From Hydrolagus colliei (Eukaryota): DNA of 64,000 bases. This document shows positions 11,918 to 24,399 of the stretch, in pieces. The DNA lies in contig CM068742.1 of the NCBI GenBank assembly GCA_035084275.1, positions 93,496,001 to 93,560,000 on the forward strand. The letters run 5' to 3'. A model generated the notes under the pieces. It searched no databases and was not told the DNA's origin. It was given only the letters and a program-made list of their open reading frames with translations. How positions within the stretch are numbered: position 1 is the first letter of the stretch; each line of letters opens with the position of its first letter. The translations under genes were made by a program, and so were the position numbers.

Positions 11918-13276
11918 CAGGTAGACTCCACTTAACGAAGGGGTTAGGGACTTTAAAACCCTTCTTTAAGCGAAAATTTAGTTAAGCGAGAGTTTAACTG
12001 TATTACTGTATTTGGCGGCAGCCAAAATGCTGCCCTGACCCGACCCAAGCCTCCCCGTTAAAATCAGTTTAGTTCCTCGCGGTTCCTAGCGCTAACATTT
12101 TTGGTGTATTGGCTGCTCAACCTAATGTCCGGAGTTCCGGAATCCGGAATGTCACAAAAATTGCAGGTATCGGTACTTAACGAAAAAATTACAGCTTGAA
12201 AAGATGCCAAGTAAAATGGGACTTCAAAACCCCTCGTTAAACAAAAATTGCGTTAAGCGGGAGGTCCCTACTGTGTTTCCGTATATGAAAAAAATCATTC
12301 CCAGTAATGTCTTGCGCCCAGCCTAGCGCCCAGCGCTAACATTTACAGTGTATCAGCAATGGCATAAGGTAGGTAGCACTGCTATTGAAGGCAGGGAGAG
12401 AGAGTTAAAGAGAAAGAGACTGAGACAGAGAGACTGTGAGTGAGATTGTGACAGCCAGAGACTCAAACAGAGAGAGAGAGAGACAGAGAGAGAGAGATAC
12501 AGAGAGGGACAGCGAGAGAGAGAAAGAGAGAGCGCAACCCAGACAGACAGAGAGAGGGAAAGAGACACGGAAGAGAGAGAGAGAGAAAGAGAGACACACA
12601 CAGAGAAAGAGACACACAGAGGGAGACTCTGACAGACAGACAGATAGACAGAGCATGGAATTTCCCAAATTCGGATTTGACCAAAAAACGTATTTTAACA
12701 AGAAAAATCGTACTGCCGTATTTACTGCATTTTATCGTACTAAATACGGCAAAAACGTACTGGTTGGCAGCTCTGTCTTCACGGTCACCGCACTGAAATA
12801 TCGCAACCTGGACACAGACATTTCCTGACTCGGGACATGCTTCTTTCTTCCTCCCCCTCCTCACTTTCTCTCTACCTCACCTTTCTCTTTACCACCCCCA
12901 TCCCCTCCATCCCCCCTCCATCTCTATCTCCCTTCCCTCCCTCTCTATCCCTCACCTATCTCTCTATCTCCCCTTTATCTCTCTATCCCTCTCTATCTCT
13001 CTATCCCCGTCCCCCCCACCCCATATCTTGACTTACTAGTGTATTATTGAAGCCACGAAACATCCTGCCGCTTAAGTTCCTCCCATATGGGAGGTTCTGC
13101 ACTGCTTAACTGATGCTATGTATGTATGTATGTGCACTTGTGTCGAGAAGGGCGCGAGATTTCAACTTTCGTTATAGCGAGCGCAGCCTTCGCTAAGCGC
13201 ATAGGGGGGTACAAATAGAAACCCTCGTTATAGTGAAGTTTCGTTAACAGGGCGTTCGTTAATCGGGGGCTACCTG
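11918..13276. mobile_element. Non-autonomous Tigger-like element (composite MITE)
   Basis: Imperfect TIRs CAGGTAGACTCCACTTAACGAA / CAGGTAGCCCCCGATTAACGAA (18/22), TA flanks at 11916-17 and 13277-78, repeated subterminal CGTTAA motifs, CpG-rich. Confidence 0.8.
12395..12652. repeat. (GA)n/(GACA)n microsatellite
   Basis: Directly visible. A complementary CT-rich tract follows at 12840-13025. Confidence 0.9.
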
Positions 13277-14219
13277 TATTGCAGTTTGAATTCAACAAGG
13301 ATAACATTGTATCTTTTAAATCAGCAAACAATAGAAATAATGTTATCAGTAAATAAATATCAATTCATTCAAATAGTTGAAAGGTCTTAGAATTGTAATC
13401 TGAACAGATTTTCCAAATATTTTGCACGCACAAATAATGATTCAAGTTTTTAGTTATAGTATGGAGATAGAAATCCGTCTGGCTTTTCTGTGAGTGATCC
13501 TGTGTCCATTTCATTTCTTTGTTCGCAATAAGTTAAGAAAAAGTAGATGATTGTAAGCCATCTATATTGAAAAATCTGATAAAAATCCTATTAAAAATCC
13601 AAGCTAATGATTTTGGTTGCCTTAAAGTGAAGTGTTTTCAAATGTTGAATCATTGGGGCACTGATAACACCTTGTTCCTTTGCATCCCACACACAATTCT
13701 TTCGATGCTTATTGCTGTGAATATAATCATGGTCGTCCCCATTGTATCTGGAATATTTCATTCAAATGGGAAGAAAATACTTGACAAGTTTACTCCAGTG
13801 CAAACTCATTAGTAGCTGAAGGTCACATTATTGTGTCCATAATGTATTCAGCTCCAAGTAATTTGGGTAATTTTATTTCCTTTCTTACCTTGAGGGCCTA
13901 AGTGGTCTGTTAACTATCAAGAGGCAGCGCAGAGAACAACAGCACCCTTCACATGGGGTAGCATCCTAGAGCACTTGAGGACAGCAGCAAAGTTAAACTA
14001 ATAAGCCTATGCCAAGCTAAGTCTTTTAAAGCTAGGGCTACCTTGAACATAGATGTCCACAGAGAACCTTCTCAAGGTGTAAAATATTTCAAATGGGATT
14101 GAGAACGTAACCTAGAACAACACTTTATGATATGCAAGGGCAGCAGAACAAGAGGCCACAGGTTCAGGAATGCATTCAGTGATTTTAGAACAGACACCAG
14201 GAAATATTTCTTTAACATC

Positions 14220-15815
14220 GGAACAGGAGTAGGCCATTCAGCCCTTCAAGTCTGTTCCCCATTTAATTAGATCATGGCTGATCTGTACCTCAACTAATCC
14301 ATTCAAATTTCCCACTTTCTCGCCATATCCCTGAATATCCTGGCCTACCGAACAATCTACCAACCTCACTCTTGAAGGTGTGGATGGATCTAGCATCCAA
14401 TAGGTTTTGTGGGAGATTTCCAGATTTCTACCACCCTTTGAGTGAAAAAATACTTTCTGATTTCACTCTTAAATGGCCTGGTTCTAATTTTAAGACTATA
14501 TCGCTTTGTTTTGGATTCCCCACCAGAGGAAATAGCTTCTCTGTATCTATCCTATCAAATCCCTTTATCATTTTAAATACCTCAATCAAATCACCCGTCA
14601 AATTCTAAACTCAAGGGAATACAATCCAAGTTTAAGCAGCCATTCCTCATAACTGAACCATTTTAGGCCTGGCAACATTCTGGTGAACCTGCACTAGAGC
14701 CAATATACCTTTCCTGAGATGTGGTCCCTGAAACTGAATGCAGTCTCCAGGTGGGGTCTGACTAACGCTCTGTGCAGCTGAAGCATCAATTCTTCTCCTT
14801 TAGATTCCAGGCCTCTCAAGATAAAGGCCAACATTCCATTCACCTTTTTGATTACTTTTTTGTATCTGGAAATTCATTTTTAGTGATTTTTGCATATGGA
14901 CACCCAAATCTCTTTGTTCCTCCAGAGTTCTTAATTTCTTCCCATTAAGAAAATATTCTGCTTTATCTTTTTCAGTCTATAGTGGATTCACACTTCCTTA
15001 CATTGAATTCCATCTGCCACAGCTTTGCCCACTCACTTAATCTTACTAAATCTCTTCGTAAGTTCCTCATCCCATCTACACTACTTACTGACCCTCCGAT
15101 CTTAATGTTGTCTATAAACTTGGATCTGTAAAACTTTCTGTTCCTTCATCCAAGATATTTGTACATATGGCAAATAGCTGAGGTCTCAGTACAGATCCCT
15201 GCGGGACACAACTTGTCACATCCCGCCAATCAGAGAATGTTCCCTTTCTCTGTTTCCTGCCTCCCAACCAATTGCCAAGCCACGTCACAAGGTTACCCCC
15301 AACTCTGTGCGCTTCCATTTTTGCTAATAATCTTTAGTGTGGAACCTTATCAAATGCCTTCTGAAAGTCCATATAAACGACATCCATAGACACTCTCTTA
15401 TCCGCCATTTTAGTGACCTCCTCAAAAAGCTCAACTAGATTAGTCAGATATGACCTACCCATCACAAACCCATGCTGACTCTCAATGACAAGCTCATACC
15501 TGTCCAGGTGTTCAATCACTCTGTCCCTGATGATGGATTCCAGTATTTTTCCCAACAACTGACGTTAACCTGACAGGTCTGTAGTTTCCTGGTTTCTCAC
15601 TCCCTTCTTTCTTAAATAAAGGAGTAACATTTGCAATTTTCCAATCTAAGGGCACAATTCCCGAATCTAGTGGGCTTTGGAAAATTCTGATGAATGCATC
15701 TACATCTAGGAGATGCATCTAGGAGAGGAGAATTTCCTCTCCTATTTCCTTTAACACCCAGGAGATGAAAATAGCAGGCCCTGGAGATTTGTCTAATTTG
15801 AGTCTCATTATCTTC
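14220..15815 (-). mobile_element. CR1 LINE, ~1.6 kb 5'-truncated, degraded RT
   Basis: Minus-strand ORFs: PLDWKIANVTPLFKK..PGNYRPVRLTSVVGK, SQHGFVMGRSYLTNLVELFEEV..YMDFQKAFDKVPH, SCVPQGSVL. Confidence 0.93.
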
Positions 15816-15821
15816 GCCATT

Positions 15822-16135
15822 ATAATAATAATAATTATTGCATTTGATATAGCGCTTTTCACATCTTCTAGATGTCTCAAAGCGCTGCACAGAATATACT
15901 GTAAAGTGAATTGACTATGTGTTTTCATGGGCAAAATGTAGCAACTAATTGCACACACCAGTGTCCCACAAACAGTCATGGATTCAAATAACCAATTTAT
16001 TATTTTTTTTTTGGACAGATTATTATTAGGCGTGTGTGGAGTAAGGAAACTTGCCCAAGGTTTCGCCCTGACCTATCTGGTTTCAAAACACAGGTCTCAT
16101 GCTTGCAAGACATGTGCTCTAACCACTAAGCTACA
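15822..16135 (-). mobile_element. tRNA-derived SINE, near full length
   Basis: Reverse complement of the 35166-35470 family, including head and (AAT)n tail. Confidence 0.9.
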
Positions 16136-17649
16136 TTGTCATAGAACCATAGTAATTTATAGCATAGAGAAAGGCCATTCGGCCAATCGTGTAATATTAA
16201 GAATGGTAATTAATAACCAGAACAAGTCTACCAGGAAGGGTGGTTGAAGTCAATGCACTTTTAAAAAACATCCACAGGATGACTCCTGTTAGACAGCCAG
16301 CACATTTACTTACTCCGCCTCACCAGTGAAGTTATGGGTATTGTATGGGCCGTTCAGCATGGTGTAGGAAATGTGCTTGAAGTCCAGTGTGAATCCACTT
16401 ATGGGTAGCAGAAATTGTTAATGCATTACAGAAAGTCCACTTAAATTCACCGAGAATGTGCTACTAAAAAGGGAGCCTGTAAAACAACACCTTTCATGTC
16501 GGGAGGATGTCGGGGATCTAGACATGAGCATGGGAGGAAGGCAGGATTGCAATGAGGAAGGGCAGAGGTAGGAGGTTAAAAAAAAGAGCTAAAAAAAACA
16601 GTAGCCACTGATTGTGTTAAGACAGGTGGCTGATGAATAGAGGTGGTTGCTTTAACAGGTTTGACTGAATCTTAAACCTCAGATGTTACAAACTCTCAGG
16701 TTTAGTTTTCCCTGACGAATTCCAAAGCAGTGCTGAAGATTTCTTTTGAAAAACAGAAACAGAATTTTTATAGGCAGTTGGTGAAAGTGTATGGCTTTCC
16801 TATAAATAACTGTTAAACTGTTTCCTTATAAGAGTTCTCCATTCTTTGGCAGCATCTTCTGCAAAAGTTGTCAATCTCACAGTCTTTAGTGATTCATAAA
16901 AACATCAAAATGTCAACAAAAGAGGAGACTGTTCATCCCACAGTGTCTGTTCTTATGTTATGTTTCCCCATAGCTGACATCTCTCTTCTAATCTAATTTT
17001 CGTGTGCTTTCCCCAAACACTTTTGTAACCTTTGCCTTTATGGGATTATTTAAATGTTGTATTTAATTCTGCTTCATAAATCACTTGCAGTTAAAAGTTC
17101 AGCATCCTAATAGCTAAAAACAAATCTTGCAACATTCTTTTTATGCTTTGTATTGGTTGCATTCATATCTTCTTTGTGGGAAATTTTCCAACTACAGTAC
17201 ACGTATTTGGAAATCTTTCACTGTTCACCCATTCAGATCCTTTCATTGGTCTACTAGATCTCTTTATAACCTCTATCCTCACTTAAATCTTTAGGATAAA
17301 CCCAAATCTTCAGGCGAGCCAGTTAAATTATTAATTTTTAAAAAAATTCTATAGATATAGGAGCTAAGTGATTGTTAAGTAGTTTCATCATAATCTATTT
17401 AACAGGAAAGGGTCATAAGGTATGAGGGAATCAATGTATTTTCATTCCCAATCTAGGTATAATATAATGGACGTACCAGTGTTAAAAATCATTTATGGAG
17501 GTGGTGGACTTCGTATGTGATATGATAATTACCACATTGTTTCCCCCTTTGATGACACTGGCAGACTTGTTTGTATTATAGGGACTTCTGGTTATTATTT
17601 CCATGTATGTTTTTCCTAAGATTTCCTTTGCACTTAAAACATATCTCCT

Positions 17650-17930
17650 GATTATTCGGGGGATAAGAAGGAGGCCGGACCCAGTAGAGCAGAGGCAGCG
17701 AGTACTGCTCCGAGAAGAGAGATTAGAGGGGTAGTGGGGTGCAGAGGAGTGCAGGGATTTAAACACAAGAGTGAGGATCTTGAAGTTGATCCACTTTGTA
17801 ACAGGGAGTCAGTGCAATTTGCATGGACTGGGGTAATTAGGGTTTGAAGTTTGATGTGAGTGCCAGAGTTTTGTATGAGCTTAATTTTTGGATGTTGCAG
17901 GAGAGGGGAGGCTATGTGGCCATCAAGAAG
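17650..17930 (-). mobile_element. L2 fragment
   Basis: KIKLIQNSG and FKSLHSSAPHYPSNL..RCLCSTGSGLLLIPRI. Confidence 0.8.
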
Positions 17931-18709
17931 TACCTCTACCCACTGAACAATCACATGAGTCTAGATAATTCTGTGTTTGATTGGTAGTGTGTTTCCAGTT
18001 TTTTCTGGATTGAATATTTCTCGATTCATGGCATGGGATCAAGAAATATTCAATCAAGACAATTAATTTTGTAGCTGATCATCAAGGTTGTGGACCATTA
18101 GTATTGAGTAATAAACTGAGCTCTAAATTCACCTCATTATGATCAAAAAGCCAGTGTATGATGCCTTTATCATTTTTGAAAGATTTATTGAATTCCTCCC
18201 TTCTCCCTATCTTAAGTGATGCAATTTTACACTAAAATGAAGATTTAAATATATCAAGGGTCACTCATAAATCACTGATTTGTTTTTTGCTTTGAGCCAG
18301 GTATTTTTCATAGGCAGACTCTTCAAATACAAACACAAATTCTACTATGCTTCCTCCCAAGATTTCTCAACTCTATCCAAGTGTAAAAAAATTTGTGTAA
18401 GAACTAGGGAACGGCGATATGGGATTTTTCCGGATATGGATATATCGGTTTGCTCATACCTGCTTAAACCGATCTATCGAGTTTTTATACTGCGCATGCG
18501 CGTGCATTCGAAGTGCGCGTGCATTGATGGCGCGCGCGCATTTATGGTGCGCGCTCAGTCGCTGTGCGCGCGCATTGACGGTGCGTCCGCACTGACGATG
18601 CGCGCGCAGTCGCGGTGCACGCACATTTCGAAATGCGTGCTCTAGGTCCAGAAAGTTTGTAATGTTGGTGTCAAGGTCTGTTGAATTATACAATGTTGTT
18701 TGCTCCCTA

Positions 18710-19330
18710 CCTCCCCCTCTCCTTCTCTCCCTCCTCTCCTCTCTCCTTCTCTCCCTCCTTTCCCCTCTCCTNNNNNNNNNNNNNNNNNNNNNNNNNNNNN
18801 NNNNNNNNNNNNNNNNNNNNNNNNNNNNNNNNNNNNNNNNNNNNNNNNNNNNNNNNNNNNNNNNNNNNNNNNNNNNNNNNNNNNNNNNNNNNNNNNNNNN
18901 NNNNNNNNNNNNNNNNNNNNNNNNNNNNNNNNNNNNNNNNNNNNNNNNNNNNNNNNNTCCCCTCGCTCCTTCTCTCCCTCCTTTCCCCCTCTCCTTCTCT
19001 CCCTCCCTCTCCTCTCTTCCTCTCTCCTTCTCTCCCAACTTTCCCCCTCTCCTCTCTTCCTCTCTCCTTCTCTCCCTCCTTTCCCCTCGCTCCTTCTCTC
19101 CTTCCTTTCACCCTCTCCTTCTCTCCCTCCCTCTTCTCTCTTCCTCTCTCCTTCTCTCCCAACTTTCCCCCTCTCCTTCTCTCCCTCCCTCCCTCGCCTC
19201 TCTCCTTCTCTCCCTCCTTTCCCCTCGCTCCTTCTCTCCCTCCTTTCCCCCTCTCATTCTCTCCCTCCCTCTCCTCTCTTCCTCTCTCCTTCTCTCCCAA
19301 CTTTCCCCTCTCCTTCTCTCCCTCCATCTC
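18710..19330. repeat. Polypyrimidine (CT-rich) minisatellite inside the hAT element, containing an assembly gap
   Basis: Repeated CTCTCCTTCTCTCCC-type units. N run at 18772-18957. Confidence 0.9.
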
Positions 19331-20000
19331 TAAACACAAAATAGAACACACACACACCAAAAACAAAATCTAGAGATTTATTCTCCTCCATTTCTTGCTT
19401 GAAAGTAGCATGTAATGTCCACGTGTAAATGAGATCTATTACAATAGAAAAGAGAGAGACAGACAGTCTGACTGTTAGAGTTAGAAGCCAGATTATCACT
19501 GCTGTGTGTGTCTGACTAGACACACACATAGAAGCAGTGATAATCTGGCTTCTAACTCTCTCACACACAAAAATAACACTTACAGCCACAAAATGCCACT
19601 TATTTTTATGTAGTCTGAAGTCTGAATTAATGTCCTTTGCCATTGGCAAGCTCTCCTTTGCTATGCAAAAAGTGACAGCGTTCGTGATACTTTGCCACTT
19701 TTTGTCCCCTCTCTGGTACAATGTTCTCCTCTTAAATAAAGCAGGAATTGTTTGAGCTGCACTGGCCCCACTACCTGTCGCTTTCTCCGAAGCGCTGGTT
19801 CGACTTCGTTCTGTTGTCGACAATGATTTCGCTCTGAGGGCAGCGTGCTGGGCGGGGTGGTGCTGCTTAATGTGATGTCGCAGGTCGCTCGTGCTCGAAT
19901 CAGATGTCTTAACCAAGACCTTGCAAACTGTACATCTATACACACCATTACTGCCTGCATTGTTTTCAAAGTAGTCCCATACGGGGCTTCTTTTCCCCAT
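19254..20000 (-). pseudogene. Truncated hAT transposase ORF: BED zinc finger plus linker, no catalytic domain
   Basis: RSPVWDYF...CTVC...STSDLRHHIKQHH is a BED finger. ITNAVTFCIAKESLPM resembles the ZBED1/Ac-like motif that follows it. Homology stops at about aa 120 (~19640) and the rest reads through non-coding sequence. Confidence 0.85.
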
Positions 20001-21026
20001 GATGAGAAAGGTAAATTTTCAAACTACAATTTTCAGCGATGCGACTTTGTTAAGACGCCACGACTCACGTCGAGTATACACAGTAAAGTGTGCGTGCGCA
20101 TCGGATGTGCGCGCCCGTTAATTGTGCGCGCGCACCGAATGTACGCGCATTCCATGCTCTAGATCTAGGAGGTTGCAATGCCGGCGACAAGGTAAGCTGG
20201 AAAAGATCGCATTACACTGATAATACCAACAATATTGATATATTGCCAGGAACGATATTAAAAATGTATCAATGTATATTTTTAAAATCGAATCTCTCGA
20301 TATAACAGTTTTTTTAGAATCACCATATCGGCATACCGATCTGAAAATCATATCGGGTTTAATCGAAAAACCGATTAATCGCCGTTCCCTAGTAAGAACA
20401 AGGAACCAAAAGACTGCCCACAAAGCAAGATGCAGCACAAAGCAAAAGAGGCTATCTTGTTCATCCCTAATATTCCTGAACATTGACTACAATTCTTTGT
20501 TTTGTGTTGCATGTAAACCATCACTAACACAAACTAATGCTTGGGTGTGTTACAGTCAGTAGGTTTAAGTACAGTGTTTCATCTCCTATTAAAAAAACTT
20601 ATTGTCTATGTATAATTGTTATACAGTATTTCAATAAATTGGACATAAATACACAGCAAAAAGCTGCTGGATTTCTGATGTACAGTACAGTACTTAAATC
20701 ATTGAGTTACTTGGAACCTGCTACTGTATTTTGTAATAATGTTATTGCTCCTTTGGCTCAATTACCAACTTCCCAATGTAACAATGGTATTCAGTACTCA
20801 AACTATCAAACTACTCTACTCAGTAGTGTTTCAAACTGATTTTTAGAATCACAATTAATTGACTATTTCATAGGATTGTGGACAGCTTCAATGTGTGATT
20901 GCAGAACAGCCAGAGCACACTAATAAATCAAAATAATAAGCAAGAGCATTGAATTATGAGGAACACAAAAGCATCATTGGTTCTCCTTCTCACTATATCC
21001 CTCAATCCCTTCTCTCACCACAATTG

Positions 21027-21710
21027 CAACAACAATTTGCATTTATATAGCACCACTTGAAGGGTAGCGTCCTGGGGAGCTTGATAGTGGCTGAGCACAA
21101 CACCGGGCCAGAGGGAGTGAGGAGGTGACTGCAGGCACGTTCGAAGAGGAAGGTCTTCAAGTGTAATCTGAAGATGGAGAAGGAAGGGGCAAGGTGGAGG
21201 GATGGAGGAAGAGTGTTCCAGAGTTTCAAGGTGTAGTGGCTGCAAGTACAAACATGATGGTGATGAGCGACATGCTGGAGATGAGAGCCAGTCTAGTGGA
21301 GGCAGCAGGTAGTGTGTTGGGGAATAAGAATGTTGGAGTGGTATGGGGGTTAAAAGTCATGAAGGGATTTGAAAACAAGTGTGAGGATCTTGAAATCAAT
21401 CCATTCGGCGATACAGAACCAGTGGTGCCTGGCTTACATTGGTGTGATGAGGGTGTGGAGATTAGATCAAGTGAGTATGCAGCGGAGAATTGCATCAGAT
21501 GGATCCTGTGCATGATACAGCTGGGGACGCTGGCGAAGTGGGCATTTGAAAAGTTGAGTCAGGAGGTGACAAATGCATAGACAAGTGCATCAGCTGCATC
21601 TTGGATAAGGTACAGTCAGAGGCAGGCAATGTGGAAAAGTTAGAGGAAGATGGTACTAATCTGGGACCGGATATGGAGAAGGAAGGACATGTGCAAGTCA
21701 CGCCTGATTC
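21027..21710 (-). mobile_element. L2 LINE 3' fragment
   Basis: Tail CAACAACAATTTGCATTTATATAGCACC. LWNTLPPSLHLAPSFSIFRLHLKTFLF. Confidence 0.85.
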
Positions 21711-21719
21711 CTAGGTTGG

Positions 21720-22930
21720 CTGTTAAACCCATTTATATTATCTGTTTAAAAGTTTCCATGGTAATTTATCTCAAGAGATAATTGCTCTTCATGTACTGAT
21801 ATTTTGCCTGACGTTTCTCTTTACTTTTCTAACATTTAACTTAATAGTTGAACCCTTCACAATAGTAAACATTTTTTTTGACCTGAAAACAATTTTGACA
21901 CCACATTCATAATCTTGCAAACTTCAACCCGGTAACATTCAGTCTCTACTTCAAGGAAAACAGCCTAAATTCCTTCAGATCCTCATACTTGAAAACATAT
22001 TGGCTGCGCTACTCTATCTTTTCTAAGGATTATGATATCTATGATCAGACCTACAAACTACTTATGTACTTGAATCCAACCAAAGATTTACTCATCACAC
22101 TATTTTCTTTCAATTTGCACTCTGTCTTTCAGTTAACAAGGTTTTAGGTCCCTTGCTCTCACACTAACTATTCTACAAGTATATACTGTACACACTGAGG
22201 CATATATGCCACTTGCCAGACAAGTTAACAACAACAACAACAAATTACACTTATAAAGCGCCTTTCACGTCGGGGGGACGTTAAGATCTAATGCTTCTGA
22301 ATCTGACCACGTTTATCTTTATTATGTGTTCTTCATCCTACTGAAGTGTTTTGAGGTGTCTATTCTTTGAGAAAAGTACTGTATAAGTTTTGTAATTTTT
22401 GTTTCTTACCATTGGTAAATTTGAAGTTTTGCTTACAATTTCCTCACCCAAGTAAATACAACAACCAACCTGCATTTATATAAAGCAATCTTAAATGAAG
22501 TCATACGTTGGAGCACTGGATACATTTTAAAAATAGCATAGATCCCAAAATAGTACAGTACCTAGTGTACATCAAGTACAAGAATAGTTACAGGGCTATA
22601 ATCCGCATAACCTCTTTCCAGCTTGTAAGGGTTCCATTTATGGCTGTGCTCAGTTTCCCGAGTTTTTACCAAATATCCAGCATGTTACTTTTCCCTCTAT
22701 TCCATGTATTAATCTTAAGTTTGGCACTGATGTATGAATTTATCAAAAACTTTCCAAAAATCCAGATACATTTTACAGTATTAATTGCATTTCCTTTATT
22801 GTCAGTTGATTTGTTAGCTGTAACTTTAAAAAATAACTCAAGCAGGTGGGTTAGGTATAACCTCTTATTCTATCACAATTTGTTCTATCCCAAAGTGCTT
22901 TTTAAAATATTCCAAATGTAGATATTCGAA
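21720..22930 (-). mobile_element. Highly degraded CR1 fragments
   Basis: Patches resembling reverse-complement CR1 RT, e.g. GAATTTATCAAAAACTTTCCAAAAATCCAGATAC (YLDFWKVFDKF). Confidence 0.5.
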
Positions 22931-23600
22931 AGAAAAACGCTGTTCACAATCTATAAAAAAAAACAGAAAGTTCAAAAATGATCAGATGTCTTTAAAAATC
23001 AAATAGATTTTTCATGTATAGCAGATATAAAAAGAGGCATTTAAAAAAATGAAAACGTTAGCTTTACTACTCACATCACATTGGTGACAAATATGAACAA
23101 ATAGATTTGTGGCACGGACTATATCATACCCCTCCACCAAGCCCACCACCATTCAAACCCAAAGGCATACATGATCAAGTAGCAAGCAATAGAAAATCAA
23201 ATGGAAACAAACTCGCTATTTCTTTAATGAAATCAGAAAAGCAGCAGTGCAAATATAAATAACATCAGATGAGTTGATCTACTGTAGTCCTTAGCTGATC
23301 CGTTTCAGATACAAAAACCCTAAGCATTCTGATAACATGACAAATATGCCGCAAATAAAATTTTCTCCCTTTTTAATGACTACAGTAAATCATTGTAGTC
23401 ATTAAATGATTTTAAGTGAAACAAGGCTGGGTAGTTTTAACCTGAATCCCAGAAGCTACAATTTCACAGTACAAAATTGCTCTCATTTCAGCTCTGTCAG
23501 TCTCACTCAAAGACAGCAAAGACAGTAGCAGAAATGGAAATAGAGTACAAGAAAATACACACCAATAGAGTAGAAAATGCATGTCATACTTCTTTGAGCT

Positions 23601-23885
23601 ATATAGAGATTTTCACATCCTCTAGACATCTTAAAGCGCTTCACAGAATATACTGTAAATTGAATTGACTGTATATATGTGGGCAAAACACAGCAGCCAA
23701 TTAGGCACAGCAGTTTCCCACAAACAGTTGTGGATTGAAATTACAAATAAAAAAATTGTTGTTGAAGGATTATTATTAGGTGTGTGGAGTAACGAAACTT
23801 GCCCAAGATTTCGCCCTACCTGGAACTGAACCCATGTCTCTCGATTGTAAGGTGAGTGCTCTAACCACTGAGCTACAGGACTCCA
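23601..23885 (-). mobile_element. tRNA-derived SINE, near full length
   Basis: CTAACCACTGAGCTACAGGACTCCA head plus body. Confidence 0.9.
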
Positions 23886-24399
23886 CAAATGATTTTCCAA
23901 TTTTCCAATTGTAAGCAATGTTAAAGTCAGTAAATTTACCAGCATGCAGGGAAGTCTAATGCATTCCCCCATCAAGATTTGTTAAAAGTATCAATTTTGG
24001 AGAATTGCCCTGAAGCATCTTGTAAACAGAGCATTCCCTGTATCTGGTTTATGCTTTGCTGGCCTGCACCTGCCTGATGCTGATATTGGGTGACAATAGA
24101 GAGGTTCCATCCATCAGCATTGAAATTCACCCCAAAATGGAAATGTGAAAGGTATGAAGTTGTTGTTGTTGTTATGTCGTTATGATATGTTGTTGCCCAA
24201 TGAAAATTATAAAGACGTCAGCATTAAATTAATTTGAGCATTAATGAGTTCCAAATTATTCCCACTGGGTGTTCTAAATGAGCCGTTGTATGTGAGACAA
24301 TGAAACCTACCTCACGCTACTTGCAAACAACTAGCAGTCCTTTTGTTTTGTAGATATAAAAGAAATTCCGTTATAAAAAAGCAACAAAAGTATCACAAG

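Larger units (their letters stand above)
18405..20391 (-). mobile_element. Non-autonomous hAT DNA transposon (internal deletion derivative)
   Basis: Perfect 14-bp TIRs TAGGGAACGGCGAT (18405-18418 / 20378-20391). Perfect 8-bp TSD GTAAGAAC (18397-18404 / 20392-20399). CpG-rich subterminal regions and an internal BED-finger ORF. Confidence 0.95.

Noticed and set aside
12353-13031. Overlapping ORFs (SLSLS / RERE)
   Set aside because: (GA)n microsatellite artefacts.
18454-19373. Long ORFs of 194-230 aa rich in L/S/P or E/R/G
   Set aside because: Translations of a CT minisatellite that span an N gap.
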